From positions 20,947-84,946 of the IMG/VR virus record IMGVR_UViG_3300033156_000150: a stretch of DNA of 64,000 nucleotides; one strand, given 5' to 3'. The notes below the pieces were generated by a model. That model searched no databases, was not told where the DNA came from, and saw only the letters and a program-made list of their open reading frames with translations. Position numbers and translations under genes: made by a program. Positions 28,879 through 37,895 of the stretch are shown here, one piece after another (within the stretch, counting starts at the first letter, position 1; the number at the start of each line of letters is the position of its first letter). The DNA is from a virus.

Positions 28879-29259
28879 ATGATTGAGGTGCCCACGTTCG
28901 ACGTACCTCCCATAGGGCCAAGGCAAGGGAAAGTGTGGGGGGACACTCAGTTACTGTTTGCTCACCATGGCGTTGAGGTACACAGGATCAGGTTTCGCGC
29001 CGGTGCTTACTGTTCGAAGCACAAGCACAAGCACAAGTGGAATCGCTTTATCGTGCTTCGCGGAACTTTGAAAATCAACGTATGGTGGGATGGGGTAGGT
29101 GAGGACGTAACCATAGTGGGGCCAGGGGAGGTGACAGACGTGCCTCCAGGTCAGTTGCATCGCTTTGAAGCCCTAGAGGATGGCGAGGCTTTGGAAATCT
29201 ATTGGGTTAAGCTCAGTGCCAACGACATTGTGCGGGTGGATCAGGGAGGCAGAAGCTAA
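28879..29259 (+). CDS. Cupin-domain protein
   Basis: SKHKH..F.VLRG and VPPGQLHRFEA cupin motifs. Confidence 0.85.
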   Translation: MIEVPTFDVPPIGPRQGKVWGDTQLLFAHHGVEVHRIRFRAGAYCSKHKHKHKWNRFIVLRGTLKINVWWDGVGEDVTIVGPGEVTDVPPGQLHRFEALEDGEALEIYWVKLSANDIVRVDQGGRS

Positions 29260-29822
29260 TGCCTGGGTTGCGCAGAAGGCAACGGGGGAAACTCAAGCAA
29301 CTGCTCTTGGGGGTTGGCAGAAAGGACCTCTTTGGAGTTGAAGTGGGAACGTACAAGGGTGAGTTGGCTAGCTGGATCCTCCGACGTTGCCCGGTAACGC
29401 GACTCTGGGTGGTGGATCTGTGGGATAGTGAAGTGGCTGCCAAGACGATGCTGTTAAAGGAGAACATGACTACAGTAGAGCGGGAAGCAAGACGTCGGCT
29501 AAAGCCGTTTGGGGAACGAGTGGTCATTGTAAAAGCTGACTCAGCTGAGGCAGCTAACTACTTCCTAGATGATCAACTCGACTTTGTTTACATAGATGCT
29601 TGCCACCTGTACGAACACGTGAAGAGGGATGTAGTAGCTTGGTGGCCGAAGGTAAGGAAGGGCGGAGTCCTTTGTGGACACGATTATGGTGGGATGGGTG
29701 ATGTGTGTTGGGGTTGGGGTGTCAGGCGTGCCGTTGAAGAGTTTGCTTGCGAACGCTTGCTTGAGGTGGAAACTGATATTGAATCAAGGACATGGTGGAT
29801 ATGGAATACACAACAGTCGTAG
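29259..29822 (+). CDS. Class I SAM-dependent methyltransferase (Methyltransf_24-like)
   Basis: VEVGTYKG, VDLW, DFVYIDACHLYE, KGGVLCGHDY. Confidence 0.9.
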   Translation: MPGLRRRQRGKLKQLLLGVGRKDLFGVEVGTYKGELASWILRRCPVTRLWVVDLWDSEVAAKTMLLKENMTTVEREARRRLKPFGERVVIVKADSAEAANYFLDDQLDFVYIDACHLYEHVKRDVVAWWPKVRKGGVLCGHDYGGMGDVCWGWGVRRAVEEFACERLLEVETDIESRTWWIWNTQQS

Positions 29823-30598
29823 GTGTCGACTCCAAGACGATTCGGCAATTGTCCTACACGTTTGTTACGTGGAAAGTCAAAAAGCCTTCGCTGTGGAGAC
29901 ACCCATTGTGGGTTTTCTACGATCGCAGTCAACTGAGGGAAAGCGACGTCTTATCATGCGTACAACATCCTATAGTGAAGCCCATTCCTTGGCCGCACCG
30001 CTGGATTGATCGGGAGGTGTGGCCAGGGGCGGGAGAGTGTAAGTGGGACGATCCGCAGCGTCACAAAATGCTCGCCGGCTTCGTGTATGTGGGGGAACTT
30101 GTGCAAACACCCTACTGGCTGAAGCTAGACACGGACGTTCTAGCTACGGGCATGGACAACTGGATTGACGAGAGGTGGTTTGAGGGCGAACCGGCGATAG
30201 TTGCCCAACCATGGGGTTACACGATCCCACCTGATCAGATGCAGAGGCTGGACCAGTGGGTCGATCACTACCGGCTGCCCCAATTCCAGGACACCGAGCC
30301 ACTACGATTGATACCGGCACCAGGAGCTGAGCGATTGAGGCACAAGCGGATTTGTAGTTGGTGTGCCTTCTTCAACACAAGGTTTACTCAGCTTTGTGCT
30401 GACTTGGCTCGAGCATCGGTAGGTAATGGAATCCTACCCGTGCCTAGTCAGGACGGATACATGTGGTATGTGGCTAAGCGCTTGGGTAAGGAGATCCGGC
30501 GAGTGCAAATGAAGAATCGTGGATGGACCCTGCGCAGTCGCATGTCGTCAATACGTCAAACGACTGCCGACATTCTTGGTGGGAGATACAAGGAATGA
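29792..30598 (+). CDS. GT-A fold glycosyltransferase-like protein
   Basis: YWLKLDTDV DxD motif and PSQD; cluster context. Confidence 0.6.
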   Translation: MVDMEYTTVVGVDSKTIRQLSYTFVTWKVKKPSLWRHPLWVFYDRSQLRESDVLSCVQHPIVKPIPWPHRWIDREVWPGAGECKWDDPQRHKMLAGFVYVGELVQTPYWLKLDTDVLATGMDNWIDERWFEGEPAIVAQPWGYTIPPDQMQRLDQWVDHYRLPQFQDTEPLRLIPAPGAERLRHKRICSWCAFFNTRFTQLCADLARASVGNGILPVPSQDGYMWYVAKRLGKEIRRVQMKNRGWTLRSRMSSIRQTTADILGGRYKE

Positions 30599-31491
30599 AA
30601 GGAAGGGCCGTTTGCTACCTGATTTCTGGGCCAGCTCATTTGCCTTACCTTGTCGTGTCGTTATACACGCTCCGGAAGCACTGGTCTGGCGAGGTTAGGG
30701 TTTATGTATGGCCGGAGTCGCAATCGATTGTTGAAAGAATTGCTCAAGACAGTCGGTTGGACATTCAGGTCATACCGAGAGAACCACGATACAGGGGAAA
30801 GAACGCACAGGGCTTGGACAGGATCCGCCTTGCGCAGGAGGTCAAAGACGTCACGTTCCTCTACCTTGATGCCGACAGTACAGTGCATCACGAGGACCTG
30901 GCCGATCTCTTCAGAGTAGCAGAGCAGTGTGGTTACACAGCCACCCAGTTTTGTGATTGGGTGTCGTGCGGAGCGAAGATATCCAGGCGGGTGGACCGCC
31001 TCAGGAGCGTCATTGAGGGAGAGAGGCATGGCTGGATCGATGCGGTGCTGGATCCCTCTGCAAGATGGCCCTCGGTCAACTGTGGTGTGTTTGCCTCGCG
31101 GTGCGACTCCCCCGTGCTGCCTGTGTGGGAGAAGTGGACGTGGGAGGCAAGAAGCCTCTTCATCGCCGACGAGGTAGCTCAGCATCCTATGCTGCCCATG
31201 TTTGCTCCTCGCGGCCAGTTGAAGGTGGCCACTGGATACGGACGCTGGAACAACTCACCGCTATACCAGTCATTGAAACTGAGGGATGATGAAATAGTGG
31301 TGATGCACTACCACGGTGATTCCAATGTGCGGCCCGTGGACAAGTCGCCTAGGGGATTTGCATGGTGGTGGCCCATTTACCAGGAATGTCTGTCGTATAA
31401 TATAGGTGGTATATCAGAGTGGAGGTTGGGCGTTAGGAACAAGCACTTGGACAAGATTGAGAAAGGGGTCTGCAATGGATCTGAAGGTTGA
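30595..31491 (+). CDS. GT8-like glycosyltransferase
   Basis: VSLYTLRKH, FLYLDAD, VNCGVF, ADE and MHYHG. Confidence 0.75.
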   Translation: MKGRAVCYLISGPAHLPYLVVSLYTLRKHWSGEVRVYVWPESQSIVERIAQDSRLDIQVIPREPRYRGKNAQGLDRIRLAQEVKDVTFLYLDADSTVHHEDLADLFRVAEQCGYTATQFCDWVSCGAKISRRVDRLRSVIEGERHGWIDAVLDPSARWPSVNCGVFASRCDSPVLPVWEKWTWEARSLFIADEVAQHPMLPMFAPRGQLKVATGYGRWNNSPLYQSLKLRDDEIVVMHYHGDSNVRPVDKSPRGFAWWWPIYQECLSYNIGGISEWRLGVRNKHLDKIEKGVCNGSEG

Positions 31492-31972
31492 AACACCGAA
31501 GGGATGTATCTCGTTCTGTCCTATTGGTCTGCCCGACCCGTTTTGGCTGGCAACGTATCTGTGGTGGAACGGGTTGGAGCCGTCGTCTTCCGAGCCAATG
31601 CTGAGGGTGGCGATTGTGCGTCACCCGGTCATGTGGCAGTTTGAAAGGTGGATGCAAAGGTCATGGTTCAATGGAGCTACTCTCTCATTGGGGGACTTCA
31701 TTGAGCAACGACTGCGCACCTATGCCACAGAACATTGGCAGTTAGTTCAGCATGGGAGCTTCGACTCCCTCATCCGGGTAGAGGATATCCCATATTGCTT
31801 GGATGATACTCTGAAGCCATTGGATGTCGAACTGGAAATGTATGGTGGAGATCGCATCACAACTCCGTTCCTACCGTTTCTGTTTCCGCTTAGCAAGTGG
31901 AGGAAAGAACCGTGGTTTCAAAAGGTGATGGAGGCCGATGCAAGGATTGCAGAAACATGCGACTACTTCTGA
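31475..31972 (+). CDS. Sulfotransferase-like protein (short, divergent)
   Basis: IVRHPV.W and IRVEDI resemble 3'-PB and C-terminal motifs; no clear 5'-PSB motif. Confidence 0.4.
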   Translation: MDLKVETPKGCISFCPIGLPDPFWLATYLWWNGLEPSSSEPMLRVAIVRHPVMWQFERWMQRSWFNGATLSLGDFIEQRLRTYATEHWQLVQHGSFDSLIRVEDIPYCLDDTLKPLDVELEMYGGDRITTPFLPFLFPLSKWRKEPWFQKVMEADARIAETCDYF

Positions 31973-32059
31973 GCAAACAGAATGTCTTGTGTAAGGCAGA
32001 GGATGAGGAGTACGTCGGAACCTATGTCTTTTTTGTTGATAGCTTTAAGGAGAGCAGCC

Positions 32060-32827
32060 ATGCAAGAAAAGCCGAGAGTGTTTGTAGTCATTCCTGCTCG
32101 TTTGTCGAGCAGCCGTTTGCCAAACAAACCACTCCGCACTGTTTGCGGGTCCAAGACTTTGCTCGAGTACACGGCGGAGCAAGCTGCAAAAGCTGTTAGG
32201 TTGACCGAACCCCATGTTGAGTTTGGTGGCTTGTGGGTAGTGACTGAGGACGACGAGATTGTTGACTTGTGCAAGAGAAGAAACATTGACTGCATGCAAG
32301 TAAAAGGCGCTTGGTGTGGCATGGCTCGTGTTAGTTGCTTTGTTGATCGGTATCTGAAACGAAACGGAAACGTCCGTCCAAGCGATGTCATTATCGACTG
32401 GCAGGTGGATGAGCCGCACTTCACTAATGTTGAGGCTTTGGTGAAGTGTGCTCATTTGTGGCCGCGTGCGATAACAACAGCATATACGCCATGCGCAGGA
32501 CTGAGCTTAAACAACCCTAACGTCGTTAAGGTTGTGGTCGATCCTAGCTATGGTCATTGTTGCTGGTTCTCTAGGGTGCCTCCCGTTGGAATGTGGGTCT
32601 CTTCTGTGTGCCGACATCTTGGGATCTATGCAAGCACGATTATCGGCGCATGGGATGGAAGTAACTTCCTTCCTCATAGGATGTCACAGACCGAAAAACT
32701 TGAGCAACTCACGTGGCTGCTCAGGGGGTACAAGTTCTATGGTGTGTGGGAGGCCTGGAGGAAGGACTTGATTTCGGTGGACACTGAGGACGACCTGGAG
32801 GAATTGAAGAGGAACCTCCGAAACTGA
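32060..32827 (+). CDS. kdsB: CMP-Kdo synthetase-like cytidylyltransferase
   Basis: VIPARLSSSRLPNKPL, QVDEP, NPNVVKVV, FSR, RHLGIY, EKLEQL and SVDTEDDL. Confidence 0.85.
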   Translation: MQEKPRVFVVIPARLSSSRLPNKPLRTVCGSKTLLEYTAEQAAKAVRLTEPHVEFGGLWVVTEDDEIVDLCKRRNIDCMQVKGAWCGMARVSCFVDRYLKRNGNVRPSDVIIDWQVDEPHFTNVEALVKCAHLWPRAITTAYTPCAGLSLNNPNVVKVVVDPSYGHCCWFSRVPPVGMWVSSVCRHLGIYASTIIGAWDGSNFLPHRMSQTEKLEQLTWLLRGYKFYGVWEAWRKDLISVDTEDDLEELKRNLRN

Positions 32828-32842
32828 GTTGGGAGTCAGGCA

Positions 32843-33583
32843 ATGAAACCAATTAGGATCGTGTCCCATTGCTACGCTGACAAGTATGTTCACTTTGCTT
32901 GGGCATTGAAGTTGCAAGCGATGTCGCTACTTCAATTCCCATGCGAGTGCGAAGTGCGATGGACTGTTTGTTGGACGGAGTCCGACGAAAACACGAGCTG
33001 GGTAATGGATTGGGCTGCGGAACGGTTCAGGAAGCTGGACCGTCCTTTGTTTATCGATCACATACCTTTGCCGAAGGAATGGTTGTGGCGTCGTGCTATC
33101 GGTCGTCACCGAGCCACGCTGTTCGGTCGAGATGGGTTGTTGTGGTTTACTGACTGTGACTACCTTTTCGGCGAGGATTGTCTCAGTACCCTGGCACGCA
33201 TGGAGTGGCCGGAAGGCGCGTCCGTTGCTTTTCCGAGCAAGGTGCTTATAAGCGAAACGCATGAGCAAGGGGATCAGTTGCTTTGCCAGGCATGGCATGT
33301 TGATAAATTGCCATTAGACGAATTTACTTTTGTGCCTCACTACTACAGCAAGGCGATAGGCGGTGTGCAGATTGTCCGGGCTGAGGATGCATGGCACAGA
33401 GGTTATGTGGAGCAGGGCAAAGGAAAGTGGCACCGACCGGTCAAGCAACCGTTTCCCAACTTCCGCGACGACATAGTGTTCCGGCAGGAGTGGTCGAGGT
33501 ACGGGAGGATTGTGCCCATTACCTTGCCGAATCTGTATAGGGTGAGGCACACCAAAACGAGCTATCAGGAGGACAAGACATGA
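32843..33583 (+). CDS. GT-A fold glycosyltransferase-like protein
   Basis: RAIGRH, LWFTDCDYLF, IGGVQ and DDIVF resemble GT2/GT7 motifs. Confidence 0.65.
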   Translation: MKPIRIVSHCYADKYVHFAWALKLQAMSLLQFPCECEVRWTVCWTESDENTSWVMDWAAERFRKLDRPLFIDHIPLPKEWLWRRAIGRHRATLFGRDGLLWFTDCDYLFGEDCLSTLARMEWPEGASVAFPSKVLISETHEQGDQLLCQAWHVDKLPLDEFTFVPHYYSKAIGGVQIVRAEDAWHRGYVEQGKGKWHRPVKQPFPNFRDDIVFRQEWSRYGRIVPITLPNLYRVRHTKTSYQEDKT

Positions 33584-33846
33584 GAGACGTAGTGCAGATG
33601 TGTAACGAGGCACGCAGGGAGGTTGAGGACGCATACAAAGGCTTGAAAAGGACGGAACTCTTTACCCTGTTCGGGCATACGAAGCCTGTCACGGAAGGCA
33701 GAACAAAGGAATACTACGAGGCGCTGGAGGCGCACCATACTCTACGAGGAGTTGGTTATGGCGTGCTGTCTGACATCATGAAGGGTATTGTGAGCCTCAT
33801 AGCAATAGTCGGCTGTGTAATGTTAGTGTGGAAGGCTCTCTTTTGA
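33580..33846 (+). CDS. Small protein with C-terminal TM helix
   Basis: AGGAGG RBS; IVSLIAIVGCVMLVW. Confidence 0.6.
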   Translation: MRDVVQMCNEARREVEDAYKGLKRTELFTLFGHTKPVTEGRTKEYYEALEAHHTLRGVGYGVLSDIMKGIVSLIAIVGCVMLVWKALF

Positions 33847-33854
33847 GGTATGCG

Positions 33855-34121
33855 ATGAACGAAGTGAAATGTGTTGGCGAACACATCAAGGAATGGTTGA
33901 TAGAGCTCGGCGCTGATGGTTTGTGTAACGGAATCGAGTCGTGTTCTTGCAGTCTCGACGATCTGTTCCTTCAGTATGGTTGTGCTCCAACCATTTGTTT
34001 TCCAGCTAGGAGAGTAAGATGTTCCTGTGGACGTGAGTTCTTCGTAACGATAGACTTGAGTGAGGGAACTTGTCCGAAATGTGGTAACAGGTGTGTCGTC
34101 AATAGCAGGAGCAAAGCGTGA
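33855..34121 (+). CDS. Cys-rich zinc-binding protein
   Basis: GADGLCN..CSC..CSCG..CPKCG. Confidence 0.6.
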   Translation: MNEVKCVGEHIKEWLIELGADGLCNGIESCSCSLDDLFLQYGCAPTICFPARRVRCSCGREFFVTIDLSEGTCPKCGNRCVVNSRSKA

Positions 34122-34130
34122 AGAGATTAA

Positions 34131-34270
34131 GCACCGGCGGCGTGGTGGGAACACGCAACCTTGCGCGTCCGCAAAGTAGCTTGGTGAGGCAGGCGAACTG
34201 CGGAAGAAGGTGACTGGTGGCTGCTTGGCGCTTAAGGCCAGTCAACCGGGTTCGAATCCCGGCCGGGGCT
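34131..34270 (+). ncRNA. tRNA-like structured RNA 1 (non-canonical)
   Basis: Acceptor GCACCGG/CCGGGGC, D arm GCGT-GGTGGGAAC-ACGC, T arm CCGGG-TTCGAAT-CCCGG; extended anticodon and variable arms; no CCA. Confidence 0.65.
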
Positions 34271-34310
34271 TTGTGGTGTTCAATAAGCTCTTGCGTATGG
34301 GAGGAAAAAC

Positions 34311-34610
34311 ATGAATTCAAGCGAAGAAACGGAAGCAAGCAAAACTGGTGTACCAGCACGCGAAATCTGTAAGGCGTGCTACGAGGTCATCCGGGTGGGA
34401 TTCACGGTCCCAGATGATCTGTGGTCCGCAGCAGTACCCGAACATCTCCGTCAGTCAACCTTGTGCCTGAACTGCTTCACCCGTCTGGCCGATGAACACA
34501 TGTTGGCCTGGGACAAATCAATTGAGTTTTGGCCGGTGTCACTTCGGACTCATCTGCGCCAGGAGATGCCTTCCTGTACGGCAGGGCGGGCAGGAATAGA
34601 GAGTGGATAA
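34311..34610 (+). CDS. Small zinc-binding hypothetical protein
   Basis: GGAGG RBS; CKAC...LCLNC. Confidence 0.6.
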   Translation: MNSSEETEASKTGVPAREICKACYEVIRVGFTVPDDLWSAAVPEHLRQSTLCLNCFTRLADEHMLAWDKSIEFWPVSLRTHLRQEMPSCTAGRAGIESG

Positions 34611-34627
34611 CAGAGGGAGGTTAACCC

Positions 34628-35350
34628 ATGGCTCGCTTTTTGAAGGACAAGGGTCTGTTGATCCAGCATATCCCACGTTGCGGTGGGACATGGGTGCAGA
34701 AGGCTTTGGAGATATTGTCTATGTATGGGGTCCGAACCAGCAAGTGGATCAGCAAGCAGCCAACACACATTCCAAAGAAGCATGCTTTGTTGTCCCACTA
34801 CTATCGTAACAGTATGCCTAACGTCAAAGCGATCGCTGTGTTCGTTCGCCATCCTATTGGCTTCTACGAGTCAAATTGGCGGTGGATTCAACGATGCACA
34901 CTGAGACACCAAAAGATGTTGGCGTTACAAGGAGGCCGTCCATGGACATGGCATCCACAGGCACCAGCGGCAAGACGATTGCTTGAGCTGCCAAAAGACG
35001 CTACGTTCAATGATTGGGTGTTCCTGATGTTAGAGAAGGAGCCGATGTGGTACACTCGCTTGGTGGATCTTTACGTTGGTCCTCGGGGTGGGGAGTTTTG
35101 TCAATACATTGGGCATACCGAATCGTTGTTGAATGACTTTATATCCCTAATGCGAAGTGTCGGGTACGGTGACATTATAGAACAAGCAATCGATCAGCTA
35201 AAACGTCTCGGCCGGGTTAATGCCGCTCCCGTTGGCGGTGTCAGTTGGGACGATGACCTATTACGTCGGGTGTGCGAATCAGAAAAAGACGTGATTGACA
35301 GATTCTATGCGCAAGTGCAACATGCCCGGAAAGAGGAGGTGGCGCGATGA
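34628..35350 (+). CDS. Sulfotransferase family protein
   Basis: HIPRCGGTW (5'-PSB), FVRHP..FYES (3'-PB), IGHTESL. Confidence 0.8.
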   Translation: MARFLKDKGLLIQHIPRCGGTWVQKALEILSMYGVRTSKWISKQPTHIPKKHALLSHYYRNSMPNVKAIAVFVRHPIGFYESNWRWIQRCTLRHQKMLALQGGRPWTWHPQAPAARRLLELPKDATFNDWVFLMLEKEPMWYTRLVDLYVGPRGGEFCQYIGHTESLLNDFISLMRSVGYGDIIEQAIDQLKRLGRVNAAPVGGVSWDDDLLRRVCESEKDVIDRFYAQVQHARKEEVAR

Positions 35351-35553
35351 TGATAGTTGGCGAGCGGATAAAGCAGCTCAGGCAAGAGCGGGGATTGACC
35401 CAATTGGACCTGGCTGAAAGACTAGGTGTTGCCCAGCCAGTTGTCTGCCGGTTTGAGCGCGGACATGACATGCGACTTAGCACGTTACAACGGATAGCGG
35501 AGGCCCTGGGAGTTTCCATGGTGGACCTCCTGGACGAACGTAAGTCTAAGTAA
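35347..35553 (+). CDS. XRE-family HTH regulator
   Basis: IKQLRQERGLTQLDLAERLGV..FERG..LQRIAEALGV. Confidence 0.92.
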   Translation: MMIVGERIKQLRQERGLTQLDLAERLGVAQPVVCRFERGHDMRLSTLQRIAEALGVSMVDLLDERKSK

Positions 35554-35624
35554 CGTAAGGACTTACGTAAAATCCTGGAAATTCCAGGATTTCGGGTTGA
35601 CGGGTATAGCGTGCATGCTATAAT
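35538..35624 (+). promoter_or_regulatory. Early promoter 1 with two upstream inverted repeats
   Basis: TTGACG-16-TATAAT with TG extension; ACGTAAGTC-N13-GACTTACGT; AAATCCTGGAA-A-TTCCAGGATTT. Confidence 0.8.
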
Positions 35625-35671
35625 AGCTAATGGAGGGAGGAGAAAAAGCCTAGGAGTAAAGGAGAGACGCC

Positions 35672-35791
35672 ATGTTTTGGACGCTGGAAAGTGCAAAGCG
35701 ATATGCAGCCCAGCTACGGTTGCAAGGAGAGCCGGTCCGGATCTATGAAGTGCCGGGCCGCATCTGGGGAGTCTGGTACGTTGTGGAGTAA
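35672..35791 (+). CDS. 39-aa early protein (not in ORF track)
   Basis: AAAGGAG RBS; MFWTLESAKRYAAQLRLQGEPVRIYEVPGRIWGVWYVVE. Confidence 0.55.
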   Translation: MFWTLESAKRYAAQLRLQGEPVRIYEVPGRIWGVWYVVE

Positions 35792-35801
35792 GGAGATTGC
35801 A

Positions 35802-36005
35802 ATGGTACGCTACAGACCTTTCAAGGTGTACCCCGTTCCTCCCGACGCATACATGGTGGCCGAGCGAAACGGGGACGAGCTTCGTCTGCTCGGCTGGTCC
35901 TGGGAACTGGACGGGGCAATTGAGATTGCAAGACGACATGGCTTCGGTGCTCGAATCTTCCAACAAGTCGGCGGAGACTTGCGGGAGGTGTCCTGGACCT
36001 TTTAG
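35802..36005 (+). CDS. Small early protein
   Basis: TAAGGAG RBS. Confidence 0.6.
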   Translation: MVRYRPFKVYPVPPDAYMVAERNGDELRLLGWSWELDGAIEIARRHGFGARIFQQVGGDLREVSWTF

Positions 36006-36021
36006 CAGGAGGATGAATCAC

Positions 36022-36252
36022 ATGCCGAACGTCAAAGCGATCCTGGGGCGTGCCCTGTCCTTACGGCCGCGCGTGCCGGCCGACGAGCTGCGCAGGGCAA
36101 TCCAGCGGGCCGTTGAGCGCGGCCAGCCCCTGTACTTGGAAACGGGATTCTGTGGAGGAGCTGGGCGTTGCGTGTCCCCCATCGATGAGGAGGACCAGGC
36201 AGAAATGGAGCGGCTTACAGCCAGCTCCACCCGCTGGTATCGACTGTTGTAA
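36022..36252 (+). CDS. Small early protein
   Basis: AGGAGG RBS. Confidence 0.55.
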   Translation: MPNVKAILGRALSLRPRVPADELRRAIQRAVERGQPLYLETGFCGGAGRCVSPIDEEDQAEMERLTASSTRWYRLL

Positions 36253-36329
36253 CACACCAACCCGCCCGGGAGGGAACTTGCCCCCTGGCTGGTGCCCGGG
36301 AACCAGCCCAGTCAAAGAGGAGGAAGGAA

Positions 36330-36779
36330 ATGACCAAGTCCAAGTACATTGTCCAGGAGCACGTCGGGGGACGGATTGGGGAGAGAAAAAGTCCCCGGAC
36401 AAGGAAGTACAACACGGAGGAGGAAGCACTGCTGGCAATGGCGAAAGCCAAAGCCGCAGGAAACGTCGTAACGTGCACTGTGCAACATTGCACGGTGCGA
36501 GCAAAGGCAGAGTTCGCTGGTGTGCCGCTGTGCGGGCGGCACTACAAGCGAGCCGAACTGGTGGAAAGTGATGTGACTGTGGTTCATGGAACCACGGGGC
36601 AGGAGCTGGAAGTGTGGCGCGGCCCAGTAGTAACGCTGCGGCCGACGGTCAGCCAGTGGCGGAACGCTCCGGCAAGCGTCCGACACAAGCAAGGGGCTTT
36701 GCACCCAGTGACCAACGAGCTCACCCGTCACGCCGTTACGGTGGACGGTTTTTGGGTTCGATGGTGGGAGAAGCTGTGA
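36330..36779 (+). CDS. Hypothetical early protein
   Basis: GAGGAGG RBS; C..C...LCGRH zinc-finger-like motif. Confidence 0.65.
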   Translation: MTKSKYIVQEHVGGRIGERKSPRTRKYNTEEEALLAMAKAKAAGNVVTCTVQHCTVRAKAEFAGVPLCGRHYKRAELVESDVTVVHGTTGQELEVWRGPVVTLRPTVSQWRNAPASVRHKQGALHPVTNELTRHAVTVDGFWVRWWEKL

Positions 36780-36825
36780 ATCCAAACGTGGAAGAGAAGT
36801 GACACTGTTACGAAAGGAGAAGTCC

Positions 36826-37830
36826 ATGGGACACGAAATTACTGTCAGAGAGGACGGCCGAGCGGAGGCCGCGTTTGCGCTGCGGCCTGCGTGGCACGGC
36901 TTGGGAGTGGTCTTGGACCACCCCATGACGAGCGCTGAAGCACTGGAGGCAGCCGGGTTGAACTGGCGAGTCGAGCAAGTGCCAGTGGCAGCGAAGTATG
37001 CTTCGCACTACGAGGACATCCGCGGTGTGTACGCCAACGTGCGATCCGACACGCATGCCGTGCTGGGCATTGTGTCGGGCCGCTACAAGGTGGTTCAGAA
37101 CGACGAGGCGTTTGCGTTCCTGGACCGCCTGATTGAGGATCATCAAATGGAGTACGAGAGCGCGTTCTCGCTCCGAGGCGGCAAGCAAGTCGTGCTGCTG
37201 GCGCGGCTTCCCAAATCCGACCAGATTGTGAGCGGCGACGAAGTGCTGCGATACGTGCTGTTGTCGCTGGCACATGATGGTGAGGGATCTATCCGTTTTG
37301 GACCAACGTCGGTGCGGGTTGTGTGCGCAAACACGTTCGCGCTGGCGTCGAAGAGCAAGGAGGTCAAGTCGCTCTCAATCCGGCACAGTGGCGACATTGA
37401 TGCCAAGCTGCAACAGGCCCGCGACATCCTCCGACAGGTGAATGATCAGTTCGACAAGTATGCCGAAGTCGGCAGGGAGCTGGCAAAGGTGCGTCTCTCA
37501 GCGGGTGACTGGTTCCGCTTGTTGGACGTGCTGTGCCCGCTGCTCGACGAAGCTGACCCGGATTACACGGAGCGTCGGCAAAATCAGTTGATCAAAACCC
37601 GGCGAGGCATCACGCAGGCTTTCCACAATTGGACCCAAGCGTCCGCTCCCCGGTCGGCATGGGCCGCCTTCAACGCGGTAACTGAGTTTATTGACCACCT
37701 GCCGCGCCGTGGAGCTACGTACCGCCAAAAGGCCGAAGCCCGATTCAACGTGTGCTTGTTCGGCCCAGGGCGGGATATGAAGCAGCGAGCGTTCGAGGCA
37801 GTGTGCAGAATCGCCGGAGTTGCGGTGTGA
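36826..37830 (+). CDS. DUF932 phage/plasmid protein
   Basis: PAWHGLG, AGLNWRV, YKVVQNDEAF, HDGEGS, VRVVCANT, WAAFNAVTE. Confidence 0.9.
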   Translation: MGHEITVREDGRAEAAFALRPAWHGLGVVLDHPMTSAEALEAAGLNWRVEQVPVAAKYASHYEDIRGVYANVRSDTHAVLGIVSGRYKVVQNDEAFAFLDRLIEDHQMEYESAFSLRGGKQVVLLARLPKSDQIVSGDEVLRYVLLSLAHDGEGSIRFGPTSVRVVCANTFALASKSKEVKSLSIRHSGDIDAKLQQARDILRQVNDQFDKYAEVGRELAKVRLSAGDWFRLLDVLCPLLDEADPDYTERRQNQLIKTRRGITQAFHNWTQASAPRSAWAAFNAVTEFIDHLPRRGATYRQKAEARFNVCLFGPGRDMKQRAFEAVCRIAGVAV

Positions 37831-37895
37831 GGCATGGGTGGGCTGCGCCGGGTACTGGCTCGGCGCAGCCACACTTCAAGCAAAGGAGACAAGAC

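Noticed and set aside
34131-34270. Canonical, selenocysteine or intron-containing tRNA
   Set aside because: No 7-nt anticodon loop with U33, no UCA anticodon, no CCA and no recognisable splice motif; the same applies to 61453-61560, so both are kept as tRNA-like ncRNA
35347-35553. XRE gene as evidence of a temperate lifestyle
   Set aside because: No integrase, partition genes or divergent cI/cro switch in the window; lifestyle and host remain undetermined
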